A stretch of DNA of 64,000 nt, taken from Octopus sinensis. Taxonomy: Eukaryota. The translations under genes were made by a program, and so were the position numbers. Where the stretch lies: the NCBI RefSeq assembly GCF_006345805.1, contig NC_043002.1, forward strand, positions 113,398,001 to 113,462,000. Reading direction: 5' to 3'. The notes beneath the pieces are model-generated. The model made no database searches. It had not been told where the DNA came from and saw only the letters and a list, made by a program, of their open reading frames with translations. Positions 10,451 to 23,280 of this stretch are shown one piece after another. Positions within the stretch are counted from its first letter, which is position 1. Every line of letters starts with the position of its first letter.

Positions 10451-12908
10451 CAGTGGCGCGTGCTCCAGCTACGCAAGTGATGCATTGCTTGACCACCCAT
10501 TTTTTTTATATATAAATCAAAAATAGATTTAGCAACGTAATTTATTTGTATCTATGTCGAAAAGTTGCCAAAATCATTGAAAACGAAACTAATTAGTTAA
10601 TTTGCTTTGAAGAAGACTGTCAGATTCAATATCAATATAGCATTATTTGGATTATTAAAGACAGCGCTACTTGACCTCATTTCCCATCCCGTTAAAAATA
10701 TATTCAAAGTCATGCAATGTTGGAAATGCATGATGCTCTTTCGTCTTGGGTCTCCTTTCTCTATCTGTCAATTTCTCTCTCTACTCTTTGTCAGTTCTTT
10801 GTAAATGGTGTCACTATAGACTGACCTCATGGTCAAATGGAATTTAACTGTTTGACCTCAGTCAAAAGGCACCAATAAGAGCCCTTTCAAAATTCTTTGT
10901 CTATCAAACTGGTTCTGTCATTCAAACTACTCGTACCAAAATTTTGCCAAACAGAACAAAATTATTTATTTTTCTCTTTGATATTTAATGTTCAATGTTG
11001 CATTTGCCCTATGTAAGTTGGAATGTCTCCCTTTTGGCCAGGAACTTTCGTTGCTTCGTGGATATGTAAGATTATCTTCCGTTTTATTAAGATTGCTTCT
11101 CAATTCACACACGCGTGCACACAACCATACACACTCAATCACACACATACGCATGCACACACACAATACACACACACACACATGATTACAGAGTGAACTA
11201 TGCAAGATTTCAAAGAGCAAAGTGTGATTAATTTAATGCATTAAGTTTACATCAGTGATTTGATGGAATCTATGCCAAAACTCTTCCATTTTGGCAAATT
11301 ATTTTGACAATTCCATTTATAACTGGCTCTGTTGAGCGATCCTGTCCTGTTCGGCATTGTAAAGAATTAAAACTTACCAAAGAAATACAACAGGAGAGAA
11401 AAGACTTTCAGGGCTGGTTCTTATGTCAATTGAAAAAAGATTTACTTCAACAACGGATTAAAGCAGAAAATTTCTGAGAAGAATGAAATAAATATATTTG
11501 CCATGAAAGATCGAAGAACTGAATTAATTTATAAATGAATATGTAACTAATTTTTTGTACATCTTTTTTAAAAGATTAAGCGCGTTTATACAGCGACCCC
11601 CATTACCATGTTACGAAAGTAATTTGGTTCTCTTAAACAGTTTGAAAAATTAATCAGCTCAGCCAATAAGTACGAGGGTGAACTGAAAAGTTCGTAGGCT
11701 GACTATCAAGGAGTGATGCTAGAAATCTTGCATGCATTCATTTCACCTCAACATATTCATAACTGACATCTGGCTGTTCAAAGAAGACTTTAGAAGTAAC
11801 TAGTAGCAACGCCACTTGAAAAGAAGCAAAATTTGGCATTGTGACGTAATCAAGTACCTTCACAAAAAATGATTTAGCCCTTAAAGACGTTCATGCTGAG
11901 ATAATTGCTACATTAAGGGAAGATGCTTCAGCTTTATCAACAGTGCAAAAGAGGGCAGCTTAATTTTGGAGGGCAAGGGGAAGTCTTGAATATGATCCAA
12001 TGTCTGGATGTCCTACAACTGCCACCACAGAGGAAAACATTGGTCGTGTTCACCATATGTTGATGGAATACAGATGTTTGACTATAAGTCAAATAGCCAA
12101 TGTTATAATCATATCTCGTGAGAGAGGTGAGGATATTTGGCACAATGAACTTGGCGTGACAAAGCCTTATGCTCGATGTGAACCACGTCTTTTGACACTC
12201 CAGGCTGATCACATGACGGGATAATCTGACATTGTTTGAGGCAGATCCATCTGATCTCTTTGAACGTTTCCTAACCCATGATGAGCGTTAGGTTAATCAC
12301 TTTAAACTAGAGATAAAGAGACAATTCATGCAATGGAAACATCTCTCTTCATCTGCTCGAAAGAAAATCAGGGTCGTTTCATTTGTAGGGAGGGCCTCAG
12401 TTATTTGGTATGTAAAAGGCATTGTGTTTATTATCTTCAGAAGGGCCACATCATCAATGGAGAGCAGTATGCCAACTTTCTGAAGCAGTTACAAAAATCC
12501 CAAGAAAATTGAAGAAAGTAGTCTTCTTTTGTCAGAACAATATCCAGTAATGACTGGTATCGGTGACTGTAGCTTTGCATTAGTTGGTCACTGTCGCTAT
12601 TCTCCCGACTTGGCCCCATCTGACTATTATCTGTTCCCCATCATGAAAAGCACTTGGCTGGGAACCAGTATCGCAGTGATGATGAGGCCATATCTGCTGC
12701 CGATGATATTTTTGCCCAACAGGATGAAAGCTTCTTCATCAATGGGATCAAAGCACTGCAACACCTGTGGAAGAAGTGCCTGAGACATAAGTGGTTGACT
12801 CTATTCAAAATAAAACTCATATGATCACATGAGAGCATTTAGATCAGCCTTTCAGCTGACCGTCGTAGTTATTGCATGACCAACCTCAACAGTCACCGCA
12901 CGCCTCTG
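10451..12908 (+). mobile_element. Internally deleted hAT DNA transposon with a nested mariner
   Basis: Termini CAGTGGCGCG / CACGCCTCTG; ATATATAT on both sides; dimerisation-domain-like remnant RNTTGE..RLSGLVLMSIEK at ~11380-11440. Confidence 0.7.
11671..12867 (+). mobile_element. Near full-length decayed mariner transposon
   Basis: TA-CGAGGGTGAACTGAAA / TTTCAGCTGACCGTCG-TA TIRs; degenerate WVPRLL-like (ARCEPRLL) and YSPDLAPSDYYLF motifs; many stops. Confidence 0.88.
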
Positions 12909-12921
12909 ATATATATATATA

Positions 12922-13322
12922 CTAGCAGTATCGCCCGGCGTTGCTCGGGTTGTAAGGGAAATAACTATATAAGCATTTTTAGAGAGTTATAGCCAAAAAA
13001 TAGCAAAAAAAATGCATTAAAAATTGAAAAAAAATTAAGGTAATTTTTTTTTAATGTTGACACATCGTAGATATTTTTAGAGAGTTACTTCCCTTATATA
13101 AAAAGCAAAAAAAATGCATAAAATGGAAAAAAATATGATGGTAAATTTTTTTAAATCGTAGACTCATCGTAGACGCGCGCTAATACCCAGAAGGGCTCGA
13201 TATGAATCACGACTATAAGATACCCGCTTTTGGTTAAACTGCACCGCAAAATGGGGGAGTAATAGTAATTACGAATGTAAATCGAAGGGGACAGACACAC
13301 AAACTTCACTCTTATATAAAGA
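12922..13322 (-). mobile_element. Non-autonomous Helitron
   Basis: 5' TC, 3' hairpin CCCGAGCAACGCCGGG followed by CTAG, A|T insertion; same family as 15349-15983. Confidence 0.85.
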
Positions 13323-13699
13323 TGCTTTTTTTTTTCAGTCATAGAGTTAGTTTATGAAGGTCTTCAGTAGAAAATCCTTCGAATTCTGACTCGCTGCTTG
13401 ATATAATGAAATTCGTATCCATTTTTTGTCAGAATTACAAATTTTGAAAACACAATAGGAACAAATTTCGGGAAAAAATCTCCCATAATTCACGGAATTA
13501 AAATTACACTTCGATTTTTGTACAAAACTGTATTTGAAGTGTTTACGAAGTATAATACGTGTTTTCACGAATGTACTAAAGAGATTTACTCTGATATTCT
13601 CATTTAAATATGAATAGGTAAATTCGGGCGGTTTGGTAACGAAAGGGTTATATAAGTGTCGTCTGTTTATACATAAAAACACTGTTTCATAGTTTCAGT

Positions 13700-14552
13700 T
13701 TAGTCTTCCTCAAATCACCTGTCGCTAATTTACTCTCTTCCAAGAACATTTTCACTCACTGTTATCTGTTAGCTTGCCATACCATTTTACTCATGTATCT
13801 ATCAGCGTGATAGACAGAAACAAATATTACATTTACTCTCATTTTATTCGTTGCCCACTGTGTGTGTGCGTTTGCGTGTGGTGTAAACCAGACTAAAAGA
13901 AGCATTTGACACACACCAGAATGTGGTTTCTGTAAATTTTGCTTAATTGGAGTTTAAATTTTAAAAACTGGACCTGGCATGACGCGATGCATTGTACTTA
14001 AAACTGCTAGGTAAATTGTAATTGAAGAAATCCTATATTGTAGATTTGTATAACTCCCAAAGGGAGGCAGATAAAATCTGCCTTTTATAATAAGAGATAT
14101 TATATATATTTATATATATCTCTTATTATAAAAGGCAGATTTTATCTGCCTCCTTTGGGAGTTATAGAAATCTACAATATAGCATTTCTTCAATTACAAT
14201 TTACCTAGCATTTTTAAGAGTACAATGCATCGCGTCATACCAGGTCCAGTTTTTTAAAATTTAAACTCCATTAAGCAAAATTTACAGAAAACTCACATTC
14301 TGGTGTGTGTGTCAAATGCTTTTCTTAGTCTGGTTTACACCACACGCAAACGCACACACACAGTGTGCGACGAATAAAATGAAAGTGAATAGCGACACAG
14401 TGATTTGAGGAAGACTAAACTGAAAGTATTCTGTCTATGACGCTGATAGATACATGAGTAAAATGTATGGGAAGCTAAGAGCTAAGAGTGAGTGAAAATG
14501 TTCTTGGAAGAGAGTAAATAGCGAGAGAGAGAGAGAGTGATTTGAGGAAGAC
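13700..14552. mobile_element. Head-to-head inverted pair of Helitron-like 5' segments
   Basis: ~13700-14097 (-) and 14119-14552 (+) both begin TCTCTTATTATAAAAGGCAG; separated by 21 bp of (TA)n. Confidence 0.75.
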
Positions 14553-14624
14553 TTTACATTAAATAAGCGTAGTGGCTTGTGTTAGTAATAAAGTAAACAT
14601 ACACTCATACATACATACATACAT

Positions 14625-14655
<31 letters not shown>

Positions 14656-14879
14656 TACACACACACATACATACACACAACATACATACATACACACATA
14701 CATACATACATACATACATATACATACATACATATACATACATACATACACACACACACATACACACACACACAGTATTGAAGCTTGAGAACAATCAGAT
14801 ACATTTGCAACACATCTGTTGAAAATATTATTGTTCACACATACATATACATATATACATACAGACAGACAGACAGATA

Positions 14880-14915
<36 letters not shown>

Positions 14916-14974
14916 ATCCAGCGTGGCCACAACCTCAAGGCTGAAACATAAAAGAATAACAGAATATAAATGTG

Positions 14975-15330
14975 TGCAAAGTACAAGAAATATTAATGCA
15001 GTATATGGGGATTGGACAATAAGCGTAAGGCAGTGTCAATGGTGGTTCCAGAAATCCCGAGCCATAAACTACAGCCTAGAAGACGAGCCTCATCCTGAAA
15101 GATCTGTAGAACTCGACAAGGGCATCCTGAAAACCCTGGTGGAACAAAATCTCATCGTAACTGTTGAGGAACTAGCAGAGAAGCTTGGATTTGGTCATTC
15201 AACCATTCATTGAGACCTGTGTGCTATCGGAAAAGTCAGCAAATTGGGTCAATGGGTTCCTCACGAACTTTCCCAGTCTAATTGCATGCAGAGAGTGAAT
15301 GTATGCTTTTCTTTGCTGTCACATCTCACC
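14975..15330 (+). mobile_element. Mariner transposase N-terminal fragment
   Basis: RNINAVYG..SLEDEPH..EELAEKLG..GQWVPHEL; same family as 53900-54960. Confidence 0.85.
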
Positions 15331-15348
15331 ACTACTGCGCTATGTATA

Positions 15349-15983
15349 TCTATATATATAAAACTGTAGTTGTGTGAGTGTCTGTCCCCTTCGATTTAGA
15401 TTCCTAACTACTCCCACATTTTGCGGTGCAGTTTAACCAAATTCGGGTAGCTTATAGTCGTGATTCATATCGAGCCCGTCTGAATATTAGCGCGCGTCTA
15501 CGATGAGTCTACGATTCTAAAAATAATTTAACATCATTTTTTATTCCATTTTAATGCATAATTTTTCGTGTGTCGATGGCGGCGGAGTTGGCGTCCACGC
15601 TCACACCTGCACCTCTGGGGAAGGGAGTGTAAGGAAATCAACGTCGTAATGCGTTGTCAAGGAGACCAGCGTTCTTTTAGAACAACGACTTCATGGCTTG
15701 AAGACACCAAAATAGAAATGGCTAAGAAAGCGTCTACATGAGTCTACGATTTAAAAAAAATTTACCATCGTTTTTTTTCCATTTTTATGCATTTTTTCGC
15801 TATTATATAAGGGAAGTAACTCTCTAAAAATGTCTACGATGAGTCAACGATTTTTAAAAAATTTACCATCATATTTTTTCCATTTTTAATGCATTTTTTG
15901 CTATTTTTTGGCTATAACTCTCTAAAAATGCTTATATAGTTATTTCCCTTACAAACCCGAGCAACGCCGGGCGATACTGCTAG
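15349..15983 (+). mobile_element. Non-autonomous Helitron
   Basis: A|TCTATATATATAAAA start; CCCGAGCAACGCCGGG hairpin then CTAG|T end. Confidence 0.88.
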
Positions 15984-15994
15984 TATATATATAT

Positions 15995-16365
15995 ATGCCT
16001 TGCACCCATATCAGCAAGGTCGAGAGAGGAATCCTGACGATTGCGCTACCCAGGACTTTCTTATTTCTAGACCAGGCCTGCGCAAAACTGGAGAGGACAC
16101 TTCAGTGCTGCTGTAAAAAGCTGCAGAAACAACACGAGTGATAAGTCCATTCAGATTGGCGTAAAATATGGGCGCTACAGGTTACCTCTGACGGTGGGTG
16201 GGACCTTCGTGTCCTCCTGGTTAGCTACTGCCCACCTCAAGCTAGGCAGCCCCCAGTTAATAAGGTGCTGACCCGCCACTGGCCGCCTGCTTCATCGAGT
16301 ACTTGGAGCTAAGAGTTTGACTTGAAAAGCGGCCTGCAACCTCTGCACCAGGCAAACAACTAAAA
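15995..16365 (+). mobile_element. Probable RTE-clade LINE 5' UTR fragment
   Basis: GC-rich, hairpin-rich island; GCCCACCTCAAGCTAGGCAGCCCC resembles RTE 5' UTRs (recalled, not searched). Confidence 0.4.
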
Positions 16366-16394
16366 GATATATATGCCGGTCTATCTAACTATGA

Positions 16395-16600
16395 ATTTGT
16401 TTATCTATCAACATATAGCATAGGCCTTTCTTTTTTCTGTGGCTGTCTTCAGTTATGGCTTTATTGATCATTAGTTGATCTTTACAGCCATATGAGCCTT
16501 TGCCGCATCCTTTCTGCTCCTCTGGAAACAGGTTGTTTTCGTCCAGGTGCTTGTTTAATATTTGTGATATTACTGCAGTGAATGCTTTGTACATTGTTTA
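16395..16600 (-). mobile_element. R4/Dong-clade non-LTR retrotransposon RT fragment adjacent to (TAA)n
   Basis: MYKAFTAVISQILNKHLDENNLFPEEQKGCGKGSYGCKDQLMINKAI is typical of R4/Dong RT. Confidence 0.75.
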
Positions 16601-16645
<45 letters not shown>

Positions 16646-16661
16646 TATTATATTATTATTA

Positions 16662-17965
16662 TCATTGTTGCTGTTGTTGTTGTTCACTCTGGAATACATA
16701 GGACGTGTTTTCAAGCGCTTCAGGTTTGTACAGCTTAAAACATTTATTTACACCGGTTTGGTGCTTTTTTGCATTACTTATTTTATTCCAAGTTGTCAAT
16801 AGAATCACCAGGAACCTGTTACTGTTTTTCAGTAACGCAAAAAAATGGAGGAGCACATCTTGAAAGAGTTGATAAAAAAATTGCCCCTTCCCCCTACGAC
16901 TGCTGAAGATTTTCCTCTCCTTCCCTCCGTTACTGGCAACAATACAAGAGAAGGGGAGGAGAAAAACAAGAATGTAACAGTACAAAGTGCACTTCGTAGT
17001 AACAGTAGTAGTAGCAAGAACAACAACGAAACAGACAGCAACAGAAGCGGCAGCAGTGATGGCAACAACAGCAACAACAATAGCAAAAGTTGCAACAGCA
17101 ACAAAACCAACAGCAACAACACCGACAAGCATAACGGCAACAACAACGGTACCAACAGCAGCAACAATCGCAACAACAATTACAACTACAAGAACATTAC
17201 CATCAACAAAAGCACGTTCGCGACAGCGAAAAGGAAGCAACGCTTTCCTGTGGACCTCACAAATGCAGATGAAATGTTGACCCAGACATAGAAACTGATT
17301 AAACAAGAAAAAACTTGGGCCAACCTAATTTTAGGTCAAAGGCAATTTGAATCAGTGGAGAAAAGAACGGTGTTTTTTTAGATGCATTTCAGTGGAGACG
17401 AAAAGAGCGGCTTTAATAGCCCAAGTAGATATTGAAGCGGCGCTGAGGTGCATCAGAGATGACGCCGGGTACATAGCGAGGGGAAAACAATACAGCACCA
17501 TTTTGGTGTTGTTTAAGTCAGAAACCCTCGATATGAAACCTTCAATGACCCCTTGCAAAACCGGCAGGCAAAGTGATTATGTACCCCTCCCACAAGGAGA
17601 AACGTACAGCACGTGTCAGCACTCCCTAGGATCCCATCAGGACTTGATATTTGGTGGCTTCTGGAATGCGTAATTGCGGAGGGGCGGATACCGTCCCGAT
17701 AGAGGGGACACGAACTGCCAGGGAGGGCTGGTCCGGAAACGTGGAGATCAAAGGTGTTCGATGTGCCCGCGTGACGAGGGTGCAGCGCGGTAACAAAGTA
17801 AGAATTCAGTCCTTGACGAGACTGACACGAGCTGAGCGATACCAGACAGATATGTGAGGCCTTTCACCAGCACTTTCACCGGTTGTTCGGGGAGAGTAGC
17901 AGGGCGGAGATGGTGCGGACTTCAGTCCCTACCTCTACGGCTTTCCACGTCTCTCGACGGCCGAC
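16662..17965 (+). mobile_element. Internally deleted Tx1/L1-type LINE: 5' UTR and ORF1 N-terminus fused to an ORF2 linker segment
   Basis: Asn/Ser-rich ORF 16845-17291; then FRCISVETK..GYIARGKQYSTILVLFKSE; then QRGNKVRIQSL..CEAFHQHFHRLF..DFSPYL..PRLSTAD. Confidence 0.6.
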
Positions 17966-18358
17966 AGGTGTGGCTGTGAGGTTAGAAGCCTGTTTCCCAA
18001 CCACATGGTTCTAGGTTCAATCCCACTGCATGGTAGCATGGTAAAGTGTCCCCTACTATACCCTTTAGGCCAACCAAGGCCTTCTGAATGGATTTGGTAG
18101 ACGGAAACTGAAAGAAGCCCGAAGTATGTATTATATAAGTATACATCTATGTATGTGTGACGTTGTATCTGTGTTTGCCTCCCACCTACCATCACCGCAA
18201 CCGGTGTTGTTTTATTTACGTCTCCGTTATTTAGAGGTTCTACGAAAAGAAATCGATTGACTTAGAAAATATGTCCTGGGGCTCATTTGTTCGACTAGAA
18301 CCGTTCAAAGTGGTGGTCCAGCATGGCCGTATTCACGCGACTGAAATAAGTAAAAGAA
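17966..18358 (+). mobile_element. SINE family A, diverged copy
   Basis: GTGGCTGTGAGGTTAGAAG head; GGATTTGGTAGACGGAAACTGAAAGAAG core. Confidence 0.85.
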
Positions 18359-18397
18359 TACCAGGATATACAGATATATGTACGTTTGTATGTATCT

Positions 18398-18470
<73 letters not shown>

Positions 18471-18674
18471 ATGTATGTATGTATGTATGTATGTATGTAT
18501 GTATGTATGTATGTATGTATGCATGTATGTTTATGTATCTATGTATGTGTATGTATGTATGTATGTATGTATGCATGTATGCATGAGTGTAGGTATGTAT
18601 ATGTATGCGTGTGTATATATGTAAGCATTTATATCATACTCATATATATATATATATATGTGTGTGTGCATATG

Positions 18675-18781
<107 letters not shown>

Positions 18782-19551
18782 GGACGTGTTGGTGTATCTC
18801 AGGCAACTTGGTTGGATTATAGTGAGAGAAAAGGAGGAAAGGGTAACGCCGTCCGTTGGAGAAGAAGAGAGGAAGATGAAGAGAAAAGACAGTGATGTAA
18901 AGCAGGATGAGATACAATAAAAGGAAGAAAACAATACAAAATATGAAATGTAAAATGTAGGGAAGAAAAGGGTTTCATTTCCCCTAATAGGTTGGTAGAT
19001 ATAAAAGCTTTAAAGTTTCGGGGATAGAAAAGTTTAAGCGTTTAAGCATGTATGAAATGTTTATGGGTAGAGAAGGAGATATAAATGTACATAGATGGAT
19101 AGACAGATATAGACAGATAGATAGGTCGATAGATAGCCAGATAGGTCGATCGATCGTTCGATTGATCAAAGCGGCGCGGTGTAGTGCATTAATATCTGAG
19201 AAATTAACAGAGAGAGGGCGAGAAATGCAGATTAGTTGTGTGTATGTATGTATGTATGTATGTATGTATATGTAGTGAGAGATGGGGAGTATCAACTGTA
19301 TCAATCGAAAAGAGATGCTGCTTAAACTCTCCTTTATTTGGATCTGCAGAAGAATTCTCATTTCAGGGTTCTTCGCTCTTATTTCTAGCAATGTGTAAAA
19401 CTACTGATAGGACAATATGTTTACAGATGCTGCTTAAAGTACCCTTCATTTTTTTATGAAATACAAATACAAATTTCAGGGTACTTGGCTAATAAGTTTA
19501 GCATAATGTCACACCATACATGGGACAATATTTTGACAGAGGATTTCTTGG

Positions 19552-19814
19552 CTGAACCTGGAAGCATATGTTTGGTAAGGAAGCTTCTTACGTCACAATA
19601 GAAATGACAGTGAAGTGTCCTGAAACTTGCGTTGTCCTTGATATTACATTGATGGACACAAACAATCAGACAAGTCGGAAGACAATATTTCTACACATGA
19701 TTGTTTGTGTCCATCAATGTAATATCAAGGACAACGCAAGTTTCAGGACACTTCACTGTCATTTCTATTGTGACGTAAGAAGCTTCCTTACCAAACATAT
19801 GCTTCCAGGTTCAG
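19552..19814. repeat. Perfect inverted repeat, 117-bp arms and 29-bp spacer
   Basis: 19552-19668 is the reverse complement of 19698-19814; the outer ~40 bp are a family A SINE head that continues to ~20245. Confidence 0.92.
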
Positions 19815-19933
19815 TCCCACTGCATGGCACTTCGGGCAAGTGACTTGTACTGTAGCTTCGGTCCGACCAGAACCTTGTAACAGGTTTTGTAAGACGGAAA
19901 AACAAGAAATCTGTTGTGTGTATACATTCATAG

Positions 19934-20030
<97 letters not shown>

Positions 20031-20918
20031 ATATTTCAACACACGACTTCACATAAAAAATCTTGCACAACAAATATTTAAACGTTGTTGGCGTGTTTAC
20101 ATCCCGATAACTTAACGGTTAGGCCAAAGAAAAATAACAGAATAAATACTAGGCTTAAAAACTCAATTTGTTCGATTAAAGTCCTTCAAGACAGTGCTCC
20201 AGAATGGCCACTGTCAAATGATTGAAACGAGTAAAAGAATAAAAGAATTTGCATGTGTGCGTGTGCGTGTGCCTGTGTGTACGTATGTGTGAATGTGGTT
20301 GTCTGTGTGTGTTTAGGTGTGTGTGTGTGTGCGCGTGTGTGTATGTTTAAGTGCATGCACATGTGCATGTAGAGTGTTTTTATTGGTATTTTAATCGTTC
20401 AAGTCACTGGAATGTATTTTCCCAAACCTCATTCCTCTTCTCATTCATTCCGAACGTCCTCAAACACTCCTTCAGCCAGATGTGTGCGACATTGAAGTAA
20501 GCCTTCCTGTAATCTATCCATCTAACATTTTAATTTTTCTTTCTTACACACCTCATTTACCCCCTCCCACCCTGAAACTTCGGGCTTTGTGCCAAAGGTC
20601 GAATCTGTTATGTTCATCATGACAAATATGTTACTAATATGCAATAGTTTTATAAATTAAACTTCCTGTTTTTTCACAACCTATTTCAATAATGCATGTA
20701 ATCTGTTTGTAAGATTATTCAATGAAGACTCAAGGCGGAGATGGTGGCAGACTTCAGTCCCTACCTCGATGCCTTGCCACGTCTCTCGACGGCCGACGCT
20801 GAACACTCTTTTGATACTCCAAATAAAGGACAATAGAGAAGTTGACCAAGTAAATAAAGAGCAGTTTTTTTTTTCAAATGTTCCTTTTCATTTACTGTCA
20901 ATATCATTTCTAAATTAA

Positions 20919-21113
20919 GACGGCGAGTTGGTGGAATCGTTAATGCGCCGGACAAAATGCTTATCCGTATTTCTTCGACTTTCTGAGTTCAAATGCTGCA
21001 AAGGTCGACTTTGCCCTTCATCCTTTCGGGGTTGATAAAAATAAGTACCAGTTGAACATTGAGGGCGATGTAACCGACCTACCCCCTTGGCCTAGTGCCA
21101 AAATTTGAAACCA
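20919..21113 (+). mobile_element. SINE family C
   Basis: GGTCGACTTTGCCCTTCATCCTTTCGGGGTTGATAAAA..GTACCAGTT domain. Confidence 0.8.
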
Positions 21114-21295
21114 GTACCATTCCTAAATTAATTGAGAATTGTGATTTTACAAAAATAAATTGAAACACTAACACGTGTGTGGTTATTGGAAAGAGAAGTT
21201 GGTAGCCACAACAGCCTGCAGTAACCAAGAAATATGTGAGACACCTTAGCGTCATCTGTTATATAATTAGAGCTTTTGCTGCAAAATGAAGATGT

Positions 21296-21341
<46 letters not shown>

Positions 21342-21594
21342 ATTGTTGTGTGTATGTATGTGTATGTGTGAATGAAAAGAGAAAGTGAGTTCTGTGCTAA
21401 AAGAGAAAGACATAAGAAAGCAGGGAAATAGACAGACACGCAGGAAAGGTAGACCGAAATTTGGTATACGGATAAGGACGTATATAATGGAACAGACAAG
21501 CGATCAAGTGACACAGGCTAATTGGGAAGGGAAACCACTGGACTGGTAATAATAGCCTAAAGGACTCGAACCAACCAAAAGATAGACAGTTACA

Positions 21595-23280
21595 CTGACA
21601 CGTCGTTGTTGTGTGTTTCCCAAAGAAAGATCCGATTAAGCCAACTCAAGGCGCACAGATTATCTCGCTCGAACACTTTGCAGCAACCTACTCTGGTCTG
21701 CAGCCGATATCAACAAACTTTGGTAGGTTACGTAATCTCTAGAAAGTGATACACACAAACAGGCAGGCAAAGAGGTGTAGAATTAAAGCCTGGCAAACGT
21801 AGTGTCATTAATTAGGCAGATAAGTAGACAGAGAACAGGTAAAACTTGTTAGAAGACAAAGGAACAAGTTAAACTTGTAAATATGAAGGCAAATAAACAA
21901 ATACTGATAAGAAGCCTAAAAGCTTGATTACATACGTGACTGAAGAGATTAGAAATAGAAATAAAAAGATAGGAAGGTCAATACATCAATCAGATTAATT
22001 AACGAATAATTGAAGCAGTGGAGAAATAGGAATAAGTAATCTTTCAGCAAATAGCCTTATCTACTCGAAAAATCTGACTTCAAGACTCAGATGCCGACTT
22101 TTCCTTTCATCTAACCGAGTTCTAGCATGCAAGCGATTTTTTTTCTGCTGTTGCCTTCCGTTCTGACTTACAATGGATTGATTCATTGCTGTTCTGCAAT
22201 TGGTTTCAGCTGCGCCTCTTGTGTACTAAGATGACCAAAGCGGGATTGACAGTTCCTGTTGCAGAAGTTGCATCTATGAAGGGTCGTTGATCTGTGTTCC
22301 TTCTGCGTGCTGCTTGATTGTTCCAGCGTCCATCACTTTCTCTTATCCTGTCTTGGGGTGCTAATTTAGAATACCCCACTATCTCACTTCATCATCTTTA
22401 AGGCTCTCCCATCAATCCGTAATGAAATAGAGCGTTTTCATTTTCCTCATGCAGACCTCAGTGTAAAGCCGCTGGGGACTGCTATTGGATCGCTTCACGG
22501 ATGCCAGTTTTCTGTAGAGGATATACTTTGAGATGTAAGTGATACAGTTAGTTTACGCTTTGATATTTGAGGAGGACATTGGGAATGTTGAAAGACTCAG
22601 ACAAGCTACTATTAAAATGCACTGTCTCCTTTATATTGATGTAAAAAAGTCTATTATGTTCTGCAGTTTTGGTGCTCAATTGATTTTCAGATGAACTGTA
22701 AAAAACCAACCTCTATTGACTAGATTGAATGCCCTGTGAAGTCGATGAAAGCGACGTACAAAGGCATTTGCTGTTCTCGACATTTCTTCTGTAGTTGGGT
22801 ATGCATATTCTCTCAGTTTTTGCAGGTGGTTCAAGATGACCTGAGCAAAGGCTTTTACAACGAAACTGAAGAGGGAGATACCACTGTCATTGTTACTGTC
22901 GACTTTCTCACTTTGGTTCTTATAAGGGTAATGATCTCGGTTCCTTCATTCCTGGCGGTACAACTGCTTGCCGGCACTGGTAGAGAACTTAATGTAAATA
23001 GAGCAGTAAGCCAATTTTAGAATCTTTGATTAGGTCAAAGAAACCTGTTGCTATCTGGAACTATATCGGAAGCCGGGTTATTTTAAAGATAGCTCTCTGT
23101 CCAATTTGTAATCGATAGCTATATGATGTGAAGAGCTGAATCGGACACATTGGTCTCTTTAGAGAAGAGATTAGAGTAGTTTTCTCCCCATCTAAGATAT
23201 GTAGTTTTGCACTGAACTCTGAGCTATCCCAAGCACCCTCTTCAAGCCTTCTTATGTTCTCATGATGTTTCCTGTTGCAG
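21595..23280 (-). mobile_element. Highly decayed RTE-clade LINE RT region
   Basis: Manual translation near 22740-22910: NNDSGISL..KAFAQVILNHLQK..LQKKCREQQMPLYVAFIDFT; boundaries approximate. Confidence 0.7.
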
